Shown: in pieces, positions 1 to 12,904 of the stretch
Numbering within the stretch: position 1 is the stretch's first letter
Layout of the letters: each line of letters begins with the position of its first letter
From: Atractiella rhizophila
Taxonomy: Eukaryota
Reading direction: 5' to 3'
DNA length: 52,205 nt
NCBI GenBank assembly: GCA_021432655.1
Contig: MU271262.1
Coordinates: 62,001 to 114,205 of the forward strand
Position numbers and translations under genes: made by a program
The notes under the pieces: generated by a model
What the model saw: only the letters and a program-made list of their open reading frames with translations
What the model was told of the DNA's origin: nothing
The model's database searches: none

Positions 1-175
1 GACGCGTAGATGTGAAGAGGAAAGACGATGGACGAACAGAGATGAGGGCGTCTTCGTTAGCTCCGTAAAAAAAAGGTACGCTGTACCTTGCTTTCCCCGA
101 TAGGTTGATAGCACGATGTACGGTCGACACGTACACATCATCTATCCCATTCCCAAACGCATCTACGATCAGCAT
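1..175 (-). repeat. Diverged tandem copy of 360..534 (penultimate exon and flanking intron sequence of the 2OG-Fe(II) dioxygenase); runs off the window start
   Basis: Hand alignment of 1..175 with 360..534 (offset 359) gives 9 substitutions and no indels. Confidence 0.95.
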
Positions 176-189
176 AACTTGTAGTCTTC

Positions 190-1741
190 TTATTTCTTGG
201 ATATATCATCGCCTGTACTGTCAATGGGAAGAACGTTCTGATACGTATCTCCAAGTCTCTTCAAAACGTATTCGCCTTGCTTGATGTCAGGATATTTCTT
301 CGGTCTTTCCTCACTGATGCAGCTTGGGATAGTCTGCCGCAATTCGAATATCAGCTTATGACGCATGGATGTGAAGACGAAAGAAGATGGACGAACAGAG
401 ATGACGGCGTCTTCGTTGGCTCCGTAAAAGAAAGGCACGCTGTACCTTGCTTTCCCCGATAGGTTGATAGCACGATGTACAGTCGACACGTACACATCAT
501 CTATCCCATTCCCAAACGCATCTACGATCAGCATTCATTCAAGCAGCGATGACTTTGAAAGCAGTTCCCCCTGTGGTATAGTGGAAGAAGGGAAAGGGAG
601 ACAGACTGGTCCACATGGCTAAGGTATCCCCCAAATTGACGACTACACAACCTTCCTTACTGGGAGCATCGATCCATTCCCCTCTCTTGTTCAGAAGCTG
701 TAAGGCTGGAGTAGGATCGGGCAGGAGGATGGTAAGAGTTTCGTAGTCGGTGCTGCATTGACAAACCATTCTCATCTGCAAAGAGTAACGCGGGAGAAGA
801 CGACGCACTGCGCGCCGATACCGAGGGAGGTGGAGGCGGGAGGTTGTGGTGGATAGTGCCTATAAAAGATGGAGTCATGTTAAAGAAGGGAAGAAGGAAA
901 AAGATGACGAACAGGATGCGCATCACGCAGGCTGGATGCGTTAATTTATCGTCAAACCAATCTTCGTTCCTTCCCCGCCATCCGATTGTCGATATTCCTC
1001 CCATTCGCAAAAAAAAAGGAGGTGTGGACAAACAGGTCGAGAGACAGCGCGAGAAGAGGAAAGAGCTGACGCCCGAGAGAGATCATTGCCTCCCTGCACA
1101 TTCCCACGTATGTTCTCATCAAAAAACCTATCGGAAAGAAGCAGGGAAGAGAGAGAAAACGAACCAATACTCCTCCAATGTTTTACGGAACCCGATCTCT
1201 TCACCGAAAACTTTGAGTTCGTCAGGCCAACTTCAGGTTCAATTGTTTCGTTCAGCATGTTCTCTTATTGTGGAGGCAAGGAGAACCGCACCGATTGCCT
1301 GATTTATCTGTTCCCTTTCTCTATCTTTCAGTGTGTGTTTTCTAGCAAGAGAACTGAAGGGGAGACGTACAATGTCAAAAGCTTCGTGTAGGTCCCCTTT
1401 ACTATTTGATGGATCTACATTCTCTCCTAAAAGAGGCGTGTATCCCTTGAATTTTTCTGAGATACCGACCTGTACATCATTTTAAACAAACAGTCTCAAT
1501 AACCTTTCAAGTTGAATACGGAAAGTCAAGGAAGACTGACATCCTTAAGATCAAGCGGTAGATCAAAGTATTTTCGGGACACATTCCACATCCTTTCCAC
1601 TAAATCTGGCTTTACTCCAGTACCCTCCAGGGCAAGATAAAAGAATCCAACTTCAGTGCATGCTGCACGGAGGGAAGGGACGAGATCGTGCCGGGGAGTG
1701 AGAAGGGAAAGCACGGGAATGGAAGTGAATGCCATCGTCAT
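190..1741 (-). CDS. 2-oxoglutarate/Fe(II)-dependent dioxygenase (IPNS/DIOX_N + 2OG-FeII_Oxy type), multi-exon
   Basis: N-terminus SIPVLSL...LRAACTEVGFFYL. Spliced reading gives HYPPQ...GIGAHTDYETLTIL (HxD), VVVNLGDTLAMWT, STVHRAIN (second His) and RYSVPFF (RxS). Stop at 190. Confidence 0.9.
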
Positions 1742-3138
1742 AGGTAGAATCGTTCAGATGTGTAGCTACTGGAGATATCAAAACTGCTTCGGGAAGCACG
1801 CTCCCGGGCGGATCTGTAGTGATACTGATAAGCATTGAGTCAGGCAACAACTTATCAGCTTGCAGGGCAAATCGGTTCTTTTGTTCTTCTTCTGCGTAGA
1901 GGTCACGAAACAGTGGGCTTCATTGCTCAATTTATTTGATCATTTTGAATCTTCGCTCGAGTGCATGTCGTGACATGCCTTCCTTTCCAGCAGGTGGATC
2001 ATTGATCACATCTGCTTCTGCAAGGCTGCTCAAGGTGCCAGCGATTTGATTTTGAGTGCTCTTGAATTCCTGGAATGCGTCTTTGTTTAGGGAGAGCGAC
2101 GCAGCGGCAAGAGTTTCTCTCTCCAAATACTTCAAGTCCCGTTTTGGAGTAAAATGGAAAGGAAGCAATTGTGCCGATTTCGATCTCCTCCCGGTGTTTG
2201 CGCCGCTTTCAAAGCTTCCGTCGTGATCAATTGATCCATTCGGACTTTATCCCCCTTGTCGAGGTTGTGTTTCCTTATCAGTAGTATTTGCGTTGGTTGG
2301 CAGGAAAGGGGTGGATAATGTTGCTGTCTCTTTCCATCAGGCCTTTATTTATCTCATTGCGTGGCTCAAAATGGCACAAATAAACTTGGTCGCTGTCAGC
2401 GTGACCATGAAGTCAAAGGCTATGTGGGATTCCGTTCCTTTTGAAAGAGAACGGTCCTGGAAAGGCAACTTACCTCATGTCTCACCTCCACACAGCTTGA
2501 GCATCGAAGTTAGAATTGGATGAAAGTTTGTGCTTCGAAGTCAGCATGTCATGCCGATGGATTGATTTTGACAAATTTGATTTTGATAGCTCGCTTGAGC
2601 TTCCCTGCATTTGAGTTTAAAAGAAGATTTTATGGACGGTTGATCCTGCAGTTGATCAAACAGCCATCTGCTCAAGCTTGCTTCTGCAGTGTAGCTTTAA
2701 ATTTATCGATATCCTCGTGAGCAACAGGTCCAGGGAGAGGAAGGAACTGCATGTGTGTTGCAATTTTGGGATTGCACAATGCAATTGCGATCAGTCCAAT
2801 TGCCAAAGTTAGAGGCAAATGGCCGTCAGAGCTGGAACTGGAACTTTACCGCCCTTTCCCTTGGCACGGTTGCTGAGCTGGTCGCTGAGATCCAGTGCGG
2901 CGTTCACCCAAGTTTCTGGCTCGCGTCAGATTAATTCTTCATCCAGTCCTCATGAATTTGCCCATCATCAGTTCTTGAATTCTGAATGTTCTCACTATCC
3001 TCGGTGGTGGGGATCGCGAAGAGGGAATGAAGGGAGCAAAAGCCGTCCGCACGCTCTTCTTGCTCCAAACTCCATCCCGACGCTGTGGCACGTCCTGGAA
3101 TTGTGCGTGCCGAAACTTACCCAGGAATCTGCAAATTG

Positions 3139-3149
3139 CATATAAAAGG
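3139..3149 (+). promoter_or_regulatory. Putative TATA box
   Basis: CATATAAAAGG about 80 bp upstream of the ATG at 3225. Confidence 0.45.
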
Positions 3150-3224
3150 AAGTGAAGGTATGGGGAAGCCTTCTTGCAAGGTACTACAGCTTCAATTTAG
3201 CAGAACGGGGGGCTTGTTCGAAGA

Positions 3225-5016
3225 ATGTCGTCCGAACCAACGTGGACTGCTTGGGACCCATTGGAGATTCAAGGTCTGGTCAGGATTGCTGCTTTCAGTA
3301 TCTTCACATATGAGTTCATTCGCACGATACCTGCCGAATGGCGCTTCATCAATCGACAGGTGGACAAAGGGGAGGTCAGTGTGCCCTTCATCCTCTTCAT
3401 GCTTGCCAGGTATGCACCTCTTCCCATACTCTGAAAGTCACTGAAGCAAGACGCACCAGATACGTTGGAGGTACGCGTTTTTTGCCATTTCGTTTTTCGA
3501 ACCTCCAACTGAGGTGCTCTTACGCACGCTTGAAGCTTTCTCCGTTGCTTTCACTACTGTAGGATTCTTTAGCGATCATTTCACAGACAAGACAAGGTGT
3601 TTTATCTGGATTTGCTTCGTGAGGTATCTTCGTTGTATTGCTACGAGTTTAGCATCGTGTATTCTGTGCTATCGATGTTGGTGCGTAGCTGCCTAGAGTG
3701 ACAACGTCAGATGCTTACGATTTAGCACAGGGCAATTTGTCGAAAGAATCCTCTGCTGGGGAAAATTCTTCTGGGAAGTTCCCCTTTGTGCCATACCCCT
3801 CTGATTCTGATGGCGTTCTCTGTATAGACGGCCATTACGGTCACTGCGGGACTTGAGATTTGGTCCACATCCTACCAAGATATTTCCATTGGTCCCCACG
3901 GTCAATGCCTCGCAGGTAACCCTCATCCTGAGTAAGTTGTCCTTCTTTCCCGGAGAAGTTAAGGCTCACCTCGGTGCAGGTTCGCGATCGCTTTCTACAT
4001 CCCTAAGTAAGCAACATGGTAAAATAATAGCAGTCCCTCATCATGTGACATGATAGTGTTCTACTGGATTTATCAGTCGCCACTCTTACGTTTTTAGAGT
4101 TGCGGAAAGGGGTAAGCGGTCTCACTTTTTGAAAGGAACGGCGACTGACTGATATCCGACAGCAAAAATTATCTAAGGGAGGCTGGCACCCATTTTCGCG
4201 GTATCTCTTTCGAGAAGGTCTGTTCTTGTTGCTTTTCAATCTTCGACGGCTCATCCTCCGCGCGAAGGGATGGTCTACGTGATCATTATAACAGCTGGAA
4301 ACATCGTTAATGTCGTTTTGTGGGCTGTATCCTCTCCTTTGGTCGCCTTTAATAACGCCAGTGGACATGTAGATGGTTGACGCCGAAGTCGCGCGGTATT
4401 CAATCTATCGCTGCAACCTTGGCCTTGGTGGTCAATATAAGTGAGACTCTTACGTTTATTTAACAATGAACCCAGCTAAAATTGTCACTAGACATGGCAC
4501 AAGCGATTGTGCTCAATCTGCAGGAGAAGGTAGTGCGACGGGACGGCGACTCGGAATCTCAACAGCGTAAGCTTTCTATGTCTCCTGGTTCGCGTGGGTG
4601 GCCCACAAATGATCTTTACAGGCTCTCGTACACGTTCAAGGTCTCGAACCCGCAAGAGCTTTTGGAACAAGTTCTGGGGCTCAAATGCTGGTGGACCGCC
4701 AGGCACGAACAAGGATCCAACTGAATTCTCAATCAAAGTTGATGTTGTAACCTTCACTCGCGTTCGTTTTTTTGTTGCGTAATCGGTCAAGATTTGCTAA
4801 AGCTCTGTTCAGGCTGACGAACACGCTTCGGCCACACATGTCGGCGGGAGAGGGGGGATGGTCAAAAGTGTCAAGAGCGGAGGGGATGAGAAAAACCTCG
4901 CGGAGGCATCGCAGAGCGAGAGCATCGCACTGGAAGACGTTCAAAAGGACAAAGACAATTTGCATGACCTGGAGGCTGGAAAGCACTCTGCTGATTACGC
5001 TGTCAAATGGCGCTAG
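3225..5016 (+). CDS. Multi-pass membrane protein, DUF6533-like, many short exons
   Basis: First exon IAAFSIFTYEFIRTIPAEWRFI...ILFMLARY resembles the basidiomycete DUF6533 N-terminus. Hydrophobic exons follow, then a hydrophilic tail ending ...DLEAGKHSADYAVKWR* at 5016. Internal exon structure only partly resolved. Confidence 0.7.
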
Positions 5017-5238
5017 AGAGAGCTAGAGAGCTTTACGATCTTTGGGCTTGTTGTATTTCTGGGTCACATTCCTTGTATATCACCAGCACACTGATTTATC
5101 ACGGAACGCAATATTGTTAGCATAGCACAACAGACTAATGCAGCATGAAATACGTCTTGTGCAACTATCCAAGGTCCAAGAAGAGAAACACGAAGGCACT
5201 GACTGAAGCTCCCAACACGCCGTCCCACAGAAGTCCAT

Positions 5239-7667
5239 TCAGGCGATCTTGATCCTTTTCCTTTCCTCATCACCATCGTAGGCATCCCTTTCCTTCCTCT
5301 TACCTGCAGCCAACATCAATTCGATCCCTTCATCTTCCTCCTCCGACAAGTCAGTTAAGCTAGAGACGTCACTCCAATCACCTCCGTCACGGGATTCTGA
5401 AGGGGTCGGCAGCTGTTTCTTCTTCTGTCTGACCTTCTTCCCCTGCTTTGGGTTCTTCTCTTTCTTCTCTTTTTCGACGGGTTTCTTCTTCCCTCCTAAA
5501 GTCCCTCGACACTTGTCAGGTCCAGCCCCGCAGAAACATGGCTGGCGGAAGGTGGTGGCAGCAGTAGTTGCTCCCATAGGATCTGACTTGCCAAAATCTT
5601 GCCAGCCATAATCGTAGGTAAGCTCTTCTCCTGGACTGATCTCCCGCAATGCAAAAAATCCAATCTGCTCTCAGTTCAGCATGCTTGATCGAGGGCAGGA
5701 GGTGCATACTTCATACTCATCAAGATCGCCGTACTTGTACTTCACAACTTTGGTATTGGGATCACACGAGTGGTTCACTGCCTCACCATCAGCAAGCTGG
5801 TCATATTAGAAGAGGCAAAGTCTGACTGAAACGAGCCTCGTTTCCCTTCCTCCCTGCATCGAGCACCTCAAAATCGCTGTACTGAAGGAAGTAGAAGTTC
5901 TTGGAGTCCTTGTAGATGTTGTAGACTCTCCGGTAACACTCATTTATTCCAATGATCTGTCATGCATAGTTAATTAAGTAATGCTCGCTTGACGGAAACC
6001 AAAAGGGAAACAAACTTCTCCTCGATAATCTATAACAAATTCCCCTTGCTTAATCTGTTGCTTCGCCCGTAACCCAAACCCTCTGTTTCCGGTCTAAGCT
6101 TGGACATCAGGTCTGGCTCGCAGCGAAGGAGTGAAACCGACCCAAAAGATTTCACTTCCCGCTTCCCCATCACTGTCAACTCCATGTCGCTTCATACGAT
6201 GTCCTTTTAGCTGGTGAAGTGGTTGATTCTGACAAAATTCCCTGCACGGCGCGTTTTTTGGGCAAGTATACAGCATCGCTCGGTTTAGGCACTTATCGCC
6301 ACATCCAATCGAAGCAGCTGTTCCCTTCCGCTGTAGAGAGCCTTCACTCCCTCGTGTGGAGCGTTTTTCAAGAGCAGGTCGCTCTGCGGCGATTGAGAGC
6401 GACGCGGGCGTTGGCGGTGTTGATGCAGCAGGAGCCACACACTGACAGATCGGAAGGTCGAGCCCTGGAGGATATCGGTCGGGTTGTCGTTGATAATACG
6501 TATCTGCTCACATGTCACATCAGCACAAAGGTTGGGGGAAGAGGAGAAAGGGGCAACGCACTTTTCTCAATCCACCTATATTTGGGAGGTTTCACTTTCT
6601 CCTTCCCTCCTTCCGCTTTCATCTTCGTTGGCTTTTGCTTCTTGACCTTAGGCTGCACCTTTTCACTCACCCCAGCAATCCTACCTCTGGAAGCTCTCTT
6701 AGCCCTTCTCCTAGCCAACAGCTCCTTCTTCTGGGCCACTTTCGCGTCCCACTGTTCCTTAGCCTTCTTCAAGCCGTACCAATGCGCAATGTCGAAAGGT
6801 ATCTTGAACTCCCGGTCGCCTCTATTACGCAGAAGATCGTTTTCATCCTCTGAAGAATCACCTTCGGCTGGGGGCATCAAACTCCCTTCCTTCTCCTCCC
6901 ACCCATCCTCCCAAAAAACAGGTAGAGGGAAGACTGGCGGGGGTTTGCGATATCGCGTCCCAGGGTAGCGTGCAAACGCTTGGTGGACTGTCGGTAATTT
7001 GCTCGGAAGAGGAGTGGGACAATGAAGCCCTTGAAGCAATGAAGGCGGTCGTTCAAGTGGCAAAGTGCGGTGAGATAGGCGGTATCCTAACGGTAGGGAG
7101 GCATCTGGTATCCCTTCTTCCTGCGCATCCGCGTCAGAACTTCCTACATCGTCTGACGACCAGTCGGAAGATGAATAGTCCGTGATGGATATGGAGGAGA
7201 GGCTGGAGAGGGAAGAGAGGGAGGAAGACCGTGAGCGTGTCGTCGGTTGTTCAATGATGAGAGAGGAGAGTGAGTTGGATATTTCTGGCGTGGGGGCTGG
7301 AACAGACGCGACATTGCGCTCAGCGATTCCAGCTGGTGACCACGAGAACAGATGTCAGTTGCTAGGCTCTATGGTGACGCAAAATAGGCCCAGATCTTAT
7401 ACAGCCGTGGAACTTGCTACTTTATTACAGTTAGCAGCTTTCGTCCATGGAACGCAACACGTTGTGCAATCTCCTCAAAACAGAGGGACATGATTTTCCC
7501 AGCACCCTCAAGTGTAACGTCGCGTGCAACATCAACACGCTTGCAAACCCAGATTCAACGAATTGCAGGAGAGACATACCTTGTTCCTTAATATTCACGT
7601 CAACAAGGTCCCATTCCATCCTTTGAACACTTCCGCTCTGCTCCACACCATCCACTACAGATGCCAT
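5239..7667 (-). CDS. ASH1: ASH1-like histone-lysine N-methyltransferase (AWS-SET-postSET; H3K36 type)
   Basis: AWS-like GCGDKCLNRAMLYTCPKNAPCREFCQNQ; SET motifs GFGLRA, YFLQY..VLDAGRKGNEARF, NHSCDPN and GEELTYDYGW; post-SET CFCGAGPDKCRG. No SRI/WW tail of Set2 seen. Start codon uncertain. Confidence 0.8.
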
Positions 7668-8195
7668 CACCGATATACTGAGCGCGGAATTCGCGTGGAA
7701 CCGTGTCAAGCCGCTAATAATGTTACTAGTATCCTTGACTTCGTCGTTGGACCATTAAACAGAACCTTTGTCTTCCCTCCACCGAAACAACACGACACAA
7801 CAACTTGAAATCTGCCACTTTGGCAGGTTCGCGCTTGTACAACGTAGCATGCAATTTCCCCTCTCACTCTTTAAACGAAAGGCTCGAATGTCAATATGAT
7901 GTCAATGTACCCACAGAAATTGGTCCAAAATAAATTATACAAGCACCAAAAGGGAAGGTACCAGTTTCATCAATCAAAAGAGAAAGAAAGATAAGAAAAG
8001 CTTCCAGAATGGAAGCGAAACCACAACAGACGACTAAAGTACTCGGTCAATCAGATGTTAAAGAGGTATATATTAATGGATGATGCAATGCGGAAGCTGA
8101 ACAGATGATGGCCTTTTGAATTGGTAGTCGTGACTGAAGGGGATAGGACAAGAACGAGGGTGTGTTGTGAGCCAAAGAGGATCACGTCCAGGAAT

Positions 8196-10198
8196 TCAAT
8201 AATATTCAATCTCGAGCTATTCCTTCTTCAGTCATGTGTCACTAACCTGAGCGGAAGACTGACAAAGAGGAAGGCGTTCTTCCGAGGATGGAGGATATTC
8301 AGTCCCGCAGGATTGAATGTCTCTCGGTTCGCGTCCTTTATGGTCTGGTCGAATTTACGCATCTCCTGCACAGCACGGCATGGTCAGAGCTGGAGTTCAG
8401 AAAACAGTAAAAGTCAGTTAACTCACGCGCTGGTAATGTGTCGAAATCATGAGAGGAGAGAGGTAGAAGGTAAAGATTGCGAGAAGGTTGTCGAATATGG
8501 ATTTAGATGGTGCATGTGCAGATGCCAGGATGGAGTTCATCTCGTTGAGTGTATTTTGAAATTCTGTTGGTGTAATCTAGGTTAGAGAAGATCAGTATAT
8601 CAACTCCAATCCTGTTCTTAAATCTGCCTAACTTGTACGAATGATTTAGGGATTACGAACGATTACTAAACACCAGACTGGAAGTTAACAGTGCAGACTT
8701 CAGATGAGCAAGGGACATTTTATGACACTGGAGGTATGGAATGCCTTGTATGCATAACAATCCTTCAAACAACCAATTGCTTCGAGAGATATTGCTAGTT
8801 TCGTTGGGAAACAAGTCAAGGATTAAACTTGCACCCTCGTCAACGGAAACAGCCAACTCTGGCAACGTTATTCATAGCTCCTACGCGGTGCATAGGACTG
8901 ACCCTCTTCCTGCAAAGTCGTCGCAAATCTGAATGATGAAACACTGACATTAGAGACATGCTAATGCTGCATCTTTGGCTGTGGCATTTGAACTGGAGTC
9001 ATTCATCATTTTTAACTGGAAGTCTCTGACCACACAAACTTTCTTCGTATGAAAAGCGCATGAACTGTTGGGGAGAAAGATCACGCTAAAAGCGAAATTC
9101 AAAGCGTTTACATTTGGAGGATGTCAAGTCCTTTCATCTCCAGGGCTCGCCAGCCTCCGATACAGCATTGGATAGAATACACACCTCGACAAACACCGCA
9201 TTTCGACCATGTTTCTTGTTTCAAAACAGGTGTAACAGCAAATACAAGTCACGAGTATATCCATAAAGCATTTGATTCTAGACCACGCCTAAATGAAAAA
9301 TAATAAGCTAGTGAGCGCGGAGGGGCATCCATCGGGGCAGTATAAAGGATTATCAGAAACGGCAAGTTTCAGTCTGTACGCCATGTTTTGAAATTGGGAT
9401 TATACTTTATAGCAAGAGACAGATGACACGACTCTTGATCATCTCTCCGCTCTAAATTGAAGAACGGTCGACGGAAAATGAAATGCGGCGCCAGAAAACT
9501 AAGCAATGAGAAGAGGCGAGATTCTTTCCAGCATCTTCCCTGTAATATTTATCAAACAACTATGACGATCTTCCCTGTCATATTGGCAGCGTGATACAGG
9601 TAAACTGCTATATCAACTTAGGAGATTCTGCATACAGTTGACCAAGAACTACTGCTAGGGTGAAATGACGGATACTGAGAGAACTTCATTCCTCTGTTTC
9701 GAAGAGCAGAGGAGGCTCTTTCACTATCCCTCATCTCACTCTGGTTGTGTCCTACGCCAAACTCTCCCTTACATCCCGCCTGCAGTTCTGCCCCTCACGG
9801 CTTCTGACTTCTCTAATTGCCACAGAGAAAGAAGAGAAACGTACCCGTCCTTCCAGCTCACTCAGCCACCCGCTCCAAAACTGACAGCCTTCGCTCCCAA
9901 CCGAATAATCTCTTTCCACTCGAATGATTTCGCGAGGCTTATGGACACCGATCTTTCCTACGGGCTTTGTTCCGAAGGGAGATATGTAGCTAGCTTGAGA
10001 TGGAGAGTAGCTGTGCCCGGTGGTGCCTGTGCCTGGTGGTGCTGGAGGTCGGTAGAAATGTTGTGGTGTCTCCAACTTGGATTTCGATGACGGATTGACC
10101 AGCTCCACCGCCAGTGGGCCACTGGAGAGGGAACCAGAGGAGGATTGTGGGCGGGGTTCTTGGGAGGTCGTACGAAGGGGAATATCAGGATCCTCCAT
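8196..10198 (-). CDS. ERF4: ERF4/GOLGA7-family Ras palmitoyltransferase accessory subunit
   Basis: Exon 10198-9845 ends REIIRVERDYS...CQFWSGWLSELEGR and joins in frame at 8576 to ITPTEFQNTLNEMNSILASAH, then FNPAGLNILHPRKNAFLF and LEIEYY*. These are characteristic fungal Erf4 motifs. Downstream exons are not in the ORF track. Confidence 0.85.
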
Positions 10199-10725
10199 CT
10201 CAGAGATGTAGCTCCTTTGCCTGACGAAAAGGACTCGTCGAGTTTGCAAACTGCTGAGGAAGCTGTAAGTTAATAGGGTTGGGATCTCTTGGAATTAAAG
10301 GAACGTCACGTGCTTGTTCGATTTCCTTGTTTGAATTTGAATTTTCTTGAAAATTCCTTTGCGTCAATCCTAAAATAGCTTTTGATGGTCGCTGATAGGT
10401 TGGTATCCAGTACAGTGAGTGATTTAGGGCCAAACTTGTGCTTTGCGGCTAGATAAAGGCCTTCTTGTGAGGTGGTAACTTATATGCGTAGAGGATGCTG
10501 CACAAATTAAATTGTTCCAAAGAAAGCTCTTTGATAGGAGCCTTAATAATTGATTAGATCGATGAGACTTTGAAATGAGCAATCGTTTGCGAGTCGCTTG
10601 CCTCCTGCATCAACACGAGGAGTTTGGTCGACACGAGGATGGCAGTTCTTCTGTGACTCGGGACTGTCCAGCATAAAAGCTGCGTTCGGGCTTCTCACAT
10701 TCTCAATTCCTGCTTCGTAAACATC

Positions 10726-12048
10726 ATGATGGGAGAGAGTAACTCATTTTCAGACGTCGTTGAGTCGACATTCGAGCAAATCCTCGGTACCGCTCATGTC
10801 AGCCCTCCTAACTCGTTCGGTTCTGTCCCGCTCTTCACGCCATCCCAAGTGACACACTACCTTGAGCGTATCGGGCTATCCCCTCTTGAGGTACTCTCAG
10901 AGAAATCAAAGAGCGTCTCCTTCCTTGAGAAGCTAGAAAAGGCCCACATTTTCAATGTGCCATATGATAACTCGGATATGCATCTCAGGAAGACAGTCGA
11001 ACGCGGAAGGCGAGTGGTGTTTGGAGAAGGGGAAGGTCCTTCCATAGCGCTGGAGAGCATGTATGAGCGCGTGGTCGTGCAAGGGAAGGGAGCGTTCGTT
11101 TCTTTCCCCGTATTTCGCACCATTCTACTAAGATTGGCTGGAGGTAGATATTGTTTCGTTCTCAATATGCTCTTCTCTACTCTCCTCCGTAGCCTAGGTT
11201 TCAGCGTATCCGAGGTGAATTTTCCCCGTAGAAGGATACAGTGGCAGATTTTTGGTTCATGCCCTTGCAGGTGCTCTGCCGCAATTATGCACACCAGAAT
11301 AAAGATCCGACAGAAAAAGGTTGGGACTGGGGGACAAGTCAACATCAAGTATTGATCGTGCGAGCACTTCCAAGTCCTCCGTCGACGGCTGAAGATAGCC
11401 ACATCGAGCTTATGGACTACTTTGTAGATGTCAGCGTTGCTGGTGACTTCCCGCCTTCCCCGTTCGTAATCCCTCCTTTGCACATGAGTGCTTGCCGACA
11501 TTGGGCGACTTAAATGACGAATAGAATCCCATTGATACATGGTCACCGCGTACCCACTCTTCTTCCGTCTGATACTTTCATCATTCGTAACGAATCCTTG
11601 CAAGGGGCAGACGACCTGTTTCTCCCCCATCGCCCAAAGGAAACGAGCTGGATCCTCTATCGGCAATTCAACGAAGGGACAAGAGAACATCCCACGCCAT
11701 TTGAATGCCCAACGGCGCACTTCCATGCTATTAGTGTGCCCTGGAAGGACTGGGAGACCCATAACTTGTTCGTCACCCCACACTCCCGCCTTTATTGAGG
11801 GTTTACTCATAATTACGTTGCATAGTAACGAATCCAAAAATCCCAGAGCGTCAATGAACTCCATCCTTCTCCTCGTCAAAGCATATCCAGATGGAAGACG
11901 GCTCACCCTTCTCGCAACGAAGATGAAAGAAGACAAGGCGGTAGTTTATTGGAGGAAGGGGAAAGATAAGATGGACGTGGAGGTGGTCGATTTGAGTGAG
12001 GACTGTATGGAGCTAGCACTCCACAAACACTTTTCCTACCGCCTTTGA
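10726..12048 (+). CDS. Arylamine N-acetyltransferase (NAT family), multi-exon
   Basis: YLERIG...AHIFNVPYDN; spliced GKGAYCFVLN (catalytic Cys), LLRSLGF, QHQVLIV (His) and YFVDV (Asp). Stop at 12048. Confidence 0.85.
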
Positions 12049-12904
12049 TCGGCAGGCGTGAGCGCACTTTGCCAAATGCTTGATTCATTTCTACTGTATC
12101 CAAGCTCAGATCCAAGCTCAGATAGATCTAAGAAACTAACTCGGTTTACTCGCTGATGTCTCTCACATACGCTCGAGAGCTCTACCCTGGATCGAATCTG
12201 CTCCTGTTACCCCATCCACCATCCACAGTTTTGGGATCCCATAATTGATCGGGACCAAAATAGTTTCGTCTCCCAACATTGACCACGTCCACGAAATTAT
12301 AGCGGCAAGACAGTAAAATACAGCCCAAAAAGTGGCAGAGTGGAGAGCAATTATTGATTGATGGGATGCAAGAAAGCTGAGACGACGTGGGTTGGCAAAG
12401 GTTGCTCGGAGGCTCCAGAAATGCTTTTGATGAGGTAAGTTCCTTTCCGAGGAAGATGATTGGGGAACGGGAAAAGTTATCCTTGCTCAACATCTTCTCC
12501 TGGGTCGCGCTATGAGTGCTATTGGAAAGCTTGCTCCTTGCGCGGGAGAGATCGAAAGCGTTGCCTCGCTCAAGATACCAAATGAATTTTACTTGCATCT
12601 ACCGCTTGCATAGTCTTCCCTGTTTTGAGAAACAGGTTCAGTTGTCAGACATGTTGCGCAGAACTTGTTACGACGTTGGAGTCATATTTCAAGGTCATTC
12701 TGGATTTGTGGTATATTAATTGGTAGAAAATGGGCGAAGCTAGGTACAAAGGCCTGAAATGATGGTTATGTACATGCACACAAAAGAATTATTGTAACAA
12801 AACAAACGATCATTGACACATCCAACGTCTCTACCTTGCTAACTTCTTGTCACCAATGGTTACACCAATTTCACAAATAGAAGGAAAGAAATATCGTATG
12901 TCGA

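Noticed and set aside
1932..2720. Short ORFs upstream of the dioxygenase
   Set aside because: No motifs or consistent splice model; a small gene or relic cannot be excluded but is unsupported.
10857..11936. 359-aa minus-strand ORF and its partial copy at 13234..13890
   Set aside because: Antisense shadow of the NAT gene with no recognisable motifs.
12098..12123. 12-bp tandem repeat ATCCAAGCTCAG x2 (also present in the duplicate)
   Set aside because: Simple slippage repeat in a 3' UTR; no array or spacer structure.
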